Of a stretch of 64,000 nucleotides of DNA, positions 54,113 through 62,099 are shown one piece after another. Source of the DNA: an uncultured bacterium (GTDB taxonomy: Bacteria > Patescibacteriota > Minisyncoccia > Phycocordibacterales > Phycocordibacteraceae). Location of the stretch: the NCBI GenBank assembly GCA_903825105.1, contig CAIJZI010000006.1:87368-151367 (forward strand). The letters are read 5' to 3'. A program made the translations under genes and the position numbers. How positions within the stretch are numbered: position 1 is the first letter of the stretch; each line of letters begins with the position of its first letter. The notes beneath the pieces are model-generated. The model ran no database searches, had not been told where the DNA came from, and worked only from the letters and a program-made list of their open reading frames with translations.

Positions 54113-55147
54113 ATGCATCGAGTTATAACAATACTCGCTATCACCGTTCTTGTTTTCGGCGCTTTTTTTTCATTCCCATCGCTCTTCGCTTTTACTCTTC
54201 ATAAAAATGTTACGACAATTTCTATAACTCCCGACCAGTTCCCTGTTACAGTGGATCCGAAGAATAAAGTTATTGTCGAGACCACACAGGTGAATGACTT
54301 TTTTAATAAAGATAATAAATCACTTTTCCAAGCGGCGGCAAATAATACCAGCAATGCCCTTTGGAGCGTCTTCGCGTGGGTCGCGGAGTCAATCGACGCC
54401 AGCGACTTCTACCAGTCGCTCGCGGGCGTCGCGGGCATTAACACCCACATCGTGACGATTACTCCGGGGATGCGTAAGGAGCAAGTCGCGGGCGCTTTTG
54501 GAGATGCATTGAAATGGACAAAGGCACAGAAAAAAGAATTTCTTACCGCGCCAACTTCTTCTACTATTTCTTCGCCAACAAACACAACACTTCCCCTCCC
54601 CGAAGGCTCTTTCGAGCCAGGAGTGTATTCAGTCGACAAAAGTATGTCACCACTCGCTGTTCAAGATATGGTAAACAAGCATTTTGTTGAAGATATCCTC
54701 TCCCACTACGGCACGACCACAGCCGAGCTTGTGCCTCTGAACGACGCTCTCACCGTCGCGTCACTCATCCAGCGCGAAGCAGCCGGCTCAGACGATATGC
54801 GCATTATCTCTGGCATTATCTGGAATCGCCTTTTCTTGAATATGAATCTGCAGATAGACGCGACGGTTCAATACGCAGAGGCGAATGCGCGCTCCGCCGG
54901 TAGCTGGTGGCCGCCAGTCGCGACGAGAAATCTATTCTTAAAATCGCCGTACAATACTTATGTGAATAAGGGCCTGCCGCCGACACCAATCGCGAACCCG
55001 TCAGTCGCAGCGGTACTCGCGGCGCTTAACCCAGTCAATACTGACTGTATGTTCTACTTCCACGATCGAATGGGACAATTCCATTGCTCCGCCACCTATG
55101 CCGAGCATGTCGCGCTTTTGAAAAAGTATTACGGACGAGGGAAATAA
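54113..55147 (+). CDS. mltG: endolytic murein transglycosylase MltG/YceG-like
   Basis: N-terminal TM; YceG blocks (LIQREAAGSDDMRIISGIIWNRL; YFHDRMGQFHCSATYAEH). Confidence 0.75.
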   Translation: MHRVITILAITVLVFGAFFSFPSLFAFTLHKNVTTISITPDQFPVTVDPKNKVIVETTQVNDFFNKDNKSLFQAAANNTSNALWSVFAWVAESIDASDFYQSLAGVAGINTHIVTITPGMRKEQVAGAFGDALKWTKAQKKEFLTAPTSSTISSPTNTTLPLPEGSFEPGVYSVDKSMSPLAVQDMVNKHFVEDILSHYGTTTAELVPLNDALTVASLIQREAAGSDDMRIISGIIWNRLFLNMNLQIDATVQYAEANARSAGSWWPPVATRNLFLKSPYNTYVNKGLPPTPIANPSVAAVLAALNPVNTDCMFYFHDRMGQFHCSATYAEHVALLKKYYGRGK

Positions 55148-55170
55148 ATGTGATGGATTTCGTAAACCCA

Positions 55171-55875
55171 TCATCGGGCTAAGAAAATTCTGCGATCTTC
55201 GGGAGAGAAATGTTCAATCGCGTAGCGAAGCGTCGTGCGCGGCATTTGTGCTTTATGTTTGTTTATAAAATTTGAGAGCTTACTTATCGAGCAACGCTTT
55301 CCCACCTCGCGCAGCATCCAGCCAACGGCTTTATGGATTAAGTCGTGATCGTCGGCGAGGAGTATCTCAGCGAGAGCGAGCGTGTCCTCGGCTTCGCCAT
55401 TTTTAATAAAAGCAAAGGTCGCGACGATAGCGATACGCCGTTCCCAAAGATTTTTTGACTTCGCGAGTTTGTATAAAATCTTTCTATCTCTCTTCAATAA
55501 ATAATCGCCGAGAATATACGGTGCGGATTGATCTACCAAATCCCAGTTGTTGATATATTTCGTATGCGCGAGATAAAACTTAGTTAGTCTCTCTTTTGTT
55601 TTTTCGTCCGCGTTTTTATACTGCTCAACAAGAATCAGAAGCGCCGTAAAACGACACTCGTGAATCTTGTTTTTGAGTAGTTTTTCGATTTCTTTAAGCT
55701 GTAAAACTTTGTACTCCTTCGCGACTTTTCTCTGTTCAGGCACCGTCACACCAACAAAGACATCGCCATAGCCATACTGCCCTTTACCGGTTTTAAAGTA
55801 CCAAGCACAGGCCTTCGCCTTCTTCGCGCTCCCTAATTTCTTCAATTTTTTCTCAATGTCTGTAGCCGTTTGCAT
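55171..55875 (-). CDS. DNA alkylation repair protein (AlkD/AlkC HEAT-like repeat family)
   Basis: HEAT-like repeats; C-terminal block ALAEILLADDHDLIHKAVGWMLREVGKR; start taken at MQTATD. Confidence 0.7.
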   Translation of the reverse strand: MQTATDIEKKLKKLGSAKKAKACAWYFKTGKGQYGYGDVFVGVTVPEQRKVAKEYKVLQLKEIEKLLKNKIHECRFTALLILVEQYKNADEKTKERLTKFYLAHTKYINNWDLVDQSAPYILGDYLLKRDRKILYKLAKSKNLWERRIAIVATFAFIKNGEAEDTLALAEILLADDHDLIHKAVGWMLREVGKRCSISKLSNFINKHKAQMPRTTLRYAIEHFSPEDRRIFLAR

Positions 55876-56251
55876 ATCAAATAAAATACCACGTATAAAA
55901 TAATAAACCGCCTTGTGGGCGGTCTTGGGGGTCATAGGGGCCGGACGACAGGAACTCCACACGGGACGTTCTTGTCAGTTGTCCGACCCCTACCTATAGG
56001 AAATTTTCTTTTCATGAGGGCGACCTCGGAATGGCTGTTTGGACGAGTGTCTTACGACGGTTATATATCTTCCACTATATAAAACCGACGAACAGAGAGT
56101 GCGGTACATCCTCGAATTGTTCCCCTTTCCCCTCTTTGCTTTTGTGCTGTAGCGTTTTAGGCGCCGGAGCCGGTCAAACAACCGGCCAAGTTGCTATCCT
56201 ACTCTTCATCGAAATTTAATGCAAGTGGGGTTATCCACAGCCTGTAACGGG

Positions 56252-56767
56252 CTACAACTTCCTGCTATCGTACGCCCAGTGCAGGACTGCCTGTCTTTGT
56301 TTAGTGTGACAAGCGAAGTCGCCGATACGGCAATGCTTTTTTATTTGCGCTATATGCCGGCGAATAGCTACCCAGCGTTTAATCTGTCGGTCGTCGTCTG
56401 GCCCGCGTCGGCCCATATAATATCGGCAATACCATTGAAACCATCCTCGTGGATCATCTTTATAAATCCACCCCTTCTCGCGCCAGACCGAGAGTGGCTG
56501 ACTGGCATTCACTCCAAAGAAGTTGAACTCCGAATCATGCTTGTATGAACCTTTCTTTTGAAATCTTGCTTTGGCGAACCAGTCTCGAGAGAACTCTTTT
56601 GTACAATCGCGCATATATACCCCACCGAAGACCCCGAGCGCGAGCATCTTCTTCGGACTAAGCTCGGGCTTAAAACGCGGGTCAAAATGCTCGCCCACAG
56701 GCTCGGTCAATTCGTAGCGATAGCCCTTCTGCATCTTGTCAGACACTCGAATCGTTTTGGTTCTCAT
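56252..56767 (-). CDS. hypothetical protein (conserved-looking, family not recognised)
   Basis: 171 aa; Trp/Tyr/Arg-rich block GWFQWYCRYYMGRRGPDDDRQIKRW. Confidence 0.45.
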   Translation of the reverse strand: MRTKTIRVSDKMQKGYRYELTEPVGEHFDPRFKPELSPKKMLALGVFGGVYMRDCTKEFSRDWFAKARFQKKGSYKHDSEFNFFGVNASQPLSVWREKGWIYKDDPRGWFQWYCRYYMGRRGPDDDRQIKRWVAIRRHIAQIKKHCRIGDFACHTKQRQAVLHWAYDSRKL

Positions 56768-57042
56768 ACTAGAAGTGTACAGGATAAATGATGCGTCTTG
56801 TAGAAACCTTGGAAATCTTCGTCGAAATTTTCTGGATTTGTCGGAAATTTTTGGATAAAAAATTTCCGCCCGAATTCAATTCCATCGGAATCGTCCGGAT
56901 GAGACGATTCCGATGCGAATTCAAAAACAATAAAAGCTGTCCGTGCGGACAGCTTTTATCGTTTTTGAATTCGGCTGGCCTCCTCGGTCTCGTACTTTCT
57001 ACCGTCAAGCCCCCGTTGGGTTTCCTGGCGGCATCTCCAAGT

Positions 57043-57747
57043 TCACTTCGACGCTCTTCGGAATGACATCATCTTATCGATAAATTCTTGTTTGAACGTG
57101 ACATATCTTGAACCGTTTTCCTCCCTTTCCTCGATATAGCTCGGGTATGGTTGCCTCTGATGTATGTTCGGATCGTCCATATTCGCGTCTATCCGCAATC
57201 CGGGTAATGGCATTATTCTCTGTGCAACCGCAGATCCTACTTCTTTGCCACCCTTCTTGAATCTAAGATGAATGGTCCAAATGCTTATAAACGGACGCTC
57301 GGTCGTCAGCCGCTGTCGGAGAATATTTATCCACTCTTCGCTCTTTTCATGATTAACAAAGACAAGGAGACTAAATTTCACTGGCTCCGTGCCATATTGC
57401 TTTTGCTTCTTCTCAACAACTTTTAGGAATTCCTCGAATGATTTAAAGTGCGGATAGACACCGGTTAATTCTACAGGCTCAATCCTAAACTCCTCGGGCG
57501 TCTCGCCAAAAGAAATGAAGTCGAAATCTGGATACGACCTTTCTGCCTGATTGAACTGAGCAAGCCACCAGTCCTTACCTGTATATTTCTTCATTGCGAG
57601 CGTAAAGAAATACGCAGCGAAACCCTCGCGAGCTTTCTTAACTGCCTCCTCAGAACTACCAAAAAACTTCTCGGCATCAACCCTTTTTAAAACATCTTCC
57701 ACCTGCCGAAATAGGGTGTGCGGATGTGCGAAATGTATTCCGTTCAC
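57043..57747 (-). CDS. hypothetical protein
   Basis: 234-aa ORF, lower-GC region. Confidence 0.45.
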   Translation of the reverse strand: MNGIHFAHPHTLFRQVEDVLKRVDAEKFFGSSEEAVKKAREGFAAYFFTLAMKKYTGKDWWLAQFNQAERSYPDFDFISFGETPEEFRIEPVELTGVYPHFKSFEEFLKVVEKKQKQYGTEPVKFSLLVFVNHEKSEEWINILRQRLTTERPFISIWTIHLRFKKGGKEVGSAVAQRIMPLPGLRIDANMDDPNIHQRQPYPSYIEEREENGSRYVTFKQEFIDKMMSFRRASK

Positions 57748-57795
57748 AATGGATCAATTTTACCGTTCCTGACTCAATGCGACAAAGTGAAGATA

Positions 57796-58191
57796 TTATC
57801 TATGACGTATCCCAATTTGAGTCAATATTATCCCGATCCAAGCAAACGACACTGCGTATATAGCGAACAGCAGTAAATCAATCCAATAGTTTGCAAAGAC
57901 CTCCGGTCCAAAAATAAGACCAACTAGAAAAAGAAGTCCGTAGTAACAGTAGTTGTATAGAACGCTGCCGAGCATGGCCCATCGGCCAGTGAAGAGAAAC
58001 TCAGTAGTCGCTATAACGAGAAAGAATGTCAGGAGGCCAAGCACCAAAAGCCAGTCATGGATGAGAAAGTATAGAAGCATGTCCCACATCATGTGATAGG
58101 CCGTTTTCGTACCGTCATCCATAGCCTTAAACATCATGCTGACCAGATCTTTGTAGAAGTCGGGCCCAAATGGCGAGCTTGTTGCGTTCAT
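57796..58191 (-). CDS. hypothetical membrane protein (3-4 TM)
   Basis: 131 aa, mostly hydrophobic helices. Confidence 0.45.
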   Translation of the reverse strand: MNATSSPFGPDFYKDLVSMMFKAMDDGTKTAYHMMWDMLLYFLIHDWLLVLGLLTFFLVIATTEFLFTGRWAMLGSVLYNYCYYGLLFLVGLIFGPEVFANYWIDLLLFAIYAVSFAWIGIILTQIGIRHR

Positions 58192-58564
58192 ACTTGTTGA
58201 ACCAGCTTAACTGAACCTCCTTCATTTTTACAGGCCCTGTATAGAAATGAGACAAATGAGACACAGAGACGGGTGTCTCAAAACCGTTGTAAACAGGCAG
58301 GGCAAGATGGCATTGCAGCGACGATTGGACGACCTATACTGATTAGGTCGCATGGCAGATCCCAGCCGCGTGAGTCCGCAGGGACAGGGATAATTGGTTA
58401 AAAAATTTGCGCATGATGTAGAGCCCATCGCGCGGGCTGGAGAAATCCAGAAGGCTCACCTTCGAAGATCGCGGAACCCCAACCGCGCGACAAATAGGGA
58501 CGAAGGAACACACCTTTAACGAGGCGTGTGTTTTGTGCGTTATACACACTAATTCTTCGACTAT

Positions 58565-59833
58565 ATGTCCAAGCTAAACATCACCTATGTGCCCGTCACT
58601 GCCCTAAAGGCAGCGGCCTATAACCCTCGTGCATGGAGCAAGGAAGCCATCGACCAGTTGACTGCAAGCATCAAGCAATACGGCTTTGTTGACCCACTGC
58701 TCGTTAACTCTGCACCGAAGCGTAAGGGGGTGGTTATCGGCGGGCACTTCCGCCTGTCGATCGCCAAGAGTCTTGGCATTAAGGAAGTGCCGGTCGTATA
58801 CCTCAATATCCCCGACCTTAGGCGCGAGAAGGAGTTGAACCTTCGTCTCAACAAGAACGTCGGCGATTGGGACTGGAAGAGGCTCGCGGAGGATTTTGAT
58901 GTCGGCGATCTGATGTCCGTCGGTTTCAGCAACGACGATCTTGGTCGCATCTTCGATGACAATGCCGATGTGAAAGACGACGGGTTCGACGAAGAACAAG
59001 AGATCGAACGTGCCAAGATCACGAAGATTAAGCCGGGCGATATGTTTGCCTTGGGTCGCCACCGTCTGCTCTGCGCAGACGCGACCGATCCTGAAAGTGC
59101 AAGAAAGCTGATGGCCGGAGTACGTGCTGACATGATCAACGACGACCCGCCATACAACATCGGTCTCTCATACGACAAGGGTGTAGGCGGCAAGGCGAAG
59201 TACGGGGGAAAGCACAACGATAGCCAATCCGAAGCAGAGTACCGCGCGTTCGTGAAGTCGGTGATGGAAAATGCGCTTGCGGTCTCAAAGCCCGATGCTC
59301 ATGTATTCTTCTGGTGCGATGAGCGTTGGGTATACCTTTTCCAGCAGTTGTACGCAGAACTCGGCATTCATTCCCTGCGCCTGTGCATCTGGATCAAGGA
59401 CAACCAGTCTCCGACACCAAATGCCGCCTTCAACAAGGTGACGGAATTTGTCGCATACGGAACCGTTGGTCGTCCGTACCTCAATGACAAGGTCGCCAAC
59501 CTCAACGAGATCATCAATAAGGAGACGACGACCGGCAACCAGCTTACTGAGGACATTCTCGATCTTCTCAATATCTGGCTGGTGAAGCGCATTGCTGGAA
59601 CCGACTATCAGCATCCCACCCAGAAGCCACCGACTCTCCACGAGAAGGCACTGCGCCGTTGTACTCGCCCAGGTGATGCGGTACTAGATCTCACCGCTGG
59701 ATCAGGGAGCATCCTCTCGGCGTGCGAGCAATTGGGTCGCACGGCGTACTGCTGCGAGATGGAGCCGATCTTCTGCCAGGTCATCATTAATCGGTACGAG
59801 AAGTTGACCGGCCTTAAGGCACGCAAGGTATGA
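58565..59833 (+). CDS. ParB-like nuclease domain fused to an N6-adenine/N4-cytosine DNA methyltransferase
   Basis: N-terminal ParB/Srx fold (KRKGVVIGGHFRLSIAKSLG); MTase motif IV DPPY and motif I (VLDLTAGSGS). Confidence 0.8.
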   Translation: MSKLNITYVPVTALKAAAYNPRAWSKEAIDQLTASIKQYGFVDPLLVNSAPKRKGVVIGGHFRLSIAKSLGIKEVPVVYLNIPDLRREKELNLRLNKNVGDWDWKRLAEDFDVGDLMSVGFSNDDLGRIFDDNADVKDDGFDEEQEIERAKITKIKPGDMFALGRHRLLCADATDPESARKLMAGVRADMINDDPPYNIGLSYDKGVGGKAKYGGKHNDSQSEAEYRAFVKSVMENALAVSKPDAHVFFWCDERWVYLFQQLYAELGIHSLRLCIWIKDNQSPTPNAAFNKVTEFVAYGTVGRPYLNDKVANLNEIINKETTTGNQLTEDILDLLNIWLVKRIAGTDYQHPTQKPPTLHEKALRRCTRPGDAVLDLTAGSGSILSACEQLGRTAYCCEMEPIFCQVIINRYEKLTGLKARKV

Positions 59834-60267
59834 GCAAGCCGCAAACCATCGAGGAGCGACAGTCGCGGGAGAAGGGGCTCTTGCTCGAACAGCTCAAGAA
59901 GGTGCCGATTGTGCACATCGCCTGCGAGAAGTCTGGGGTGGGTCGTGCCACCTATTACCGCTGGCGCGATGAAGATGAAGTATTCAAGAAGGCCGCCGAT
60001 GCGGCGCTCGTCGAGGGCGAGGCATTGATTACCGACATGTCGGAATCACAGCTGATCTCGCTCATCAAGGACCGCAAGTTCCCCGCCGTGCATCTGTGGC
60101 TGCGCCAGCACCACCCAAAGTACAAGGACAAGATCGAGGTTGTCACTCGCTCCGCAGAAGATGACACGCTCACGCCTGAACAGGAAGCAATTGTGAAAAA
60201 GGCGCTCAAACTGGGAGGGATTATTAATTCAAAGAAACACCATGGCAACTGCAAGAAAGGAGTATAA
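59830..60267 (+). CDS. putative phage terminase small subunit / HTH DNA-binding protein
   Basis: HTH KSGVGRATYYRWR; position immediately upstream of the terminase large subunit ATPase. Confidence 0.5.
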   Translation: MSKPQTIEERQSREKGLLLEQLKKVPIVHIACEKSGVGRATYYRWRDEDEVFKKAADAALVEGEALITDMSESQLISLIKDRKFPAVHLWLRQHHPKYKDKIEVVTRSAEDDTLTPEQEAIVKKALKLGGIINSKKHHGNCKKGV

Positions 60268-61243
60268 CGAGATCATCCATGCCATGCTTGCCGACAAGGC
60301 TGTTCGTCGGTCAATCGTACGCAAGAGTCATTACCTGTTCTTTTGCTTCTATCTCAGCCACTACATGGAGTACGAGATGGCCCCATTCCATAGGGAGATG
60401 TTCAACCTGTCGCAAAGCAAGCGCAACAAGTTCTTGGTCATCATGGCTGCTCGCGGGTTCGCCAAGTCTACGATCTTGAACCTGTCATACGCACTCTGGT
60501 CGATACTGGGAGAGCAAAAGAAGAAGTTTGTCCTCATCATCAGCGGTACGCATAGCCAAGCAAGATATCACTTCATGAATATTCGTGAGGAATTGAAGAA
60601 TAATCCTAGGTTAGCAGCAGATCTAGGGCCATTCGAGACAGACGACGCTGGCTGGGGAGTGAACTCCCTCTCGCTTCCGAAGATGGGAGCGCGCATCTCG
60701 CTCGCCTCGCGCGAGCAAGCCCTGCGCGGTATTCGCTCCGGCCAGTATCGCCCTGATCTCATTATCTGCGACGACCTTGAGGATTCGAGGGATGTAGAGT
60801 CTATTGCGGAGCGGACCGCCTCCTACCAATGGTTCGTTAATGAGGTCATGTCTGCGGGAAGCAAGAACACCAACGTGGTTGTCTTGGGGAATTTGCTGCA
60901 CGAAGACTCACTGCTCATGCGACTGAAGAAGGACATTGAGCAAAAGAAGATAGCCGGAGTCTTCCGCGCGTATCCTCTACTGGATGATGATGGTCGCATT
61001 ATGTGGCCGGGAAAGTATGGCTCGCAAAAGCAGATCGAGGCCTTACAAATGAGCGTACTGGATACGGAAACATGGGAGCGCGAATATCTGTTGAAGTATC
61101 GAGGACATTTCAGCCTTATACAGCTTGGGAAGGAGCGGGATGAGTTGACGCGGCTTGGAGCTGAAGAGTATCGGAGGATTCACCCAAAGCCAGAACCGTA
61201 TCGCCTAGGTGAGTATCGCATTAGCGCACCAACTAAGTTGTAG
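60242..61243 (+). CDS. phage terminase large subunit, ATPase domain only (apparently truncated)
   Basis: Walker A MAARGFAKST, Walker B LIICDDLED; 333 aa with no nuclease domain. Confidence 0.65.
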   Translation: MATARKEYNEIIHAMLADKAVRRSIVRKSHYLFFCFYLSHYMEYEMAPFHREMFNLSQSKRNKFLVIMAARGFAKSTILNLSYALWSILGEQKKKFVLIISGTHSQARYHFMNIREELKNNPRLAADLGPFETDDAGWGVNSLSLPKMGARISLASREQALRGIRSGQYRPDLIICDDLEDSRDVESIAERTASYQWFVNEVMSAGSKNTNVVVLGNLLHEDSLLMRLKKDIEQKKIAGVFRAYPLLDDDGRIMWPGKYGSQKQIEALQMSVLDTETWEREYLLKYRGHFSLIQLGKERDELTRLGAEEYRRIHPKPEPYRLGEYRISAPTKL

Positions 61244-61395
61244 ATCGCTTTTCCTTCTGTATTTTCTCCCAACACATTCTCAATTCATCCTCGGTCGCGT
61301 GACCGGGTATTTGACCTGTGCTCTCAAAATGCCGTATCAGGTCTACTGCAAATTCGTACCGAGTCTGATCGTTATCGTTTGAGAACTGCGACCTA

Positions 61396-61626
61396 CTAGA
61401 GTCCATACTTGTGTAAGCAGGTGCTGTACTGGAAATTATACTCAGTAGTCGTAGCGTCCGGATGAGCGACTCCAAAGTCGTGGATGTATGCTTCGCAATT
61501 CATCCTTATATTTGCAGGACGCACTTCGAACCAATAGAAGGCACCCACCAAGATCAGCAGTATAAGTATGACCTGATAATGAAGACGAGCGAAGTCGAAT
61601 ACGGCTTTTACGTATGGATTTTTCAT
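61396..61626 (-). CDS. small membrane protein (holin-like?)
   Basis: 76 aa, one TM. Confidence 0.35.
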   Translation of the reverse strand: MKNPYVKAVFDFARLHYQVILILLILVGAFYWFEVRPANIRMNCEAYIHDFGVAHPDATTTEYNFQYSTCLHKYGL

Positions 61627-61850
61627 ACGCCGCCGACTTTAGCTTTCTGGACTCTTGCGCTGATGGATTTATAGATCCACACCAGTCCGCAAACGAGTCC
61701 GAGTATAACGAGAAATCCGCCGACTACATGAGTAATGGCGGAGTTAACACTTGAGATTATTGCGCCTCCGAGAATACCAGTGATGGCGTTCCTGCCGTAG
61801 TCCTTTTGAGTCCAATCTCTGACGGAGAGATATCGATGTTTGCTTTCCAC
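61623..61850 (-). CDS. small membrane protein (holin-like?)
   Basis: 75 aa, two TM, Gly-rich. Confidence 0.35.
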   Translation of the reverse strand: MESKHRYLSVRDWTQKDYGRNAITGILGGAIISSVNSAITHVVGGFLVILGLVCGLVWIYKSISARVQKAKVGGV

Positions 61851-62099
61851 GTTGAATTATCGTTATGGATAAATCCGGGTCGGCGGGTAGCACAAAACCC
61901 GCCACCAGGAGCCCTTGCGGGCCTATAGGAGTTTCCCCCTATAACGCATCGAACGCCCTGATGACGGGTTTTCTAGGTTCGATGCGATTTGCGACCATGC
62001 CATTGACCGAAGTCACTGGTTTAGGTCGGTACTAGCCAAAGCTAGTACCTTAAAGATATCTCACTTTAGGGGTTCTGCGAAGACCTTGCTTGAAGACAA

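Noticed and set aside
55920-56300. tmRNA or RNase P RNA
   Set aside because: I found GGGG-starting 5' ends and a GUCCGGCCCC stretch. I found no tRNA-like T-arm plus CCA 3' end, and no P4/P10-12 consensus blocks (GGAAAGUCCGGGCUCC, AGGGUGAAA, ACAGAACCCGGCUUA) in either orientation.
61930-61980. Hammerhead ribozyme at the CUGAUGA motif
   Set aside because: CUGAUGA occurs inside a hairpin, but no downstream GAAA plus helix III arrangement can be drawn. Only the reverse complement carries GAAAAC, which is the wrong order.
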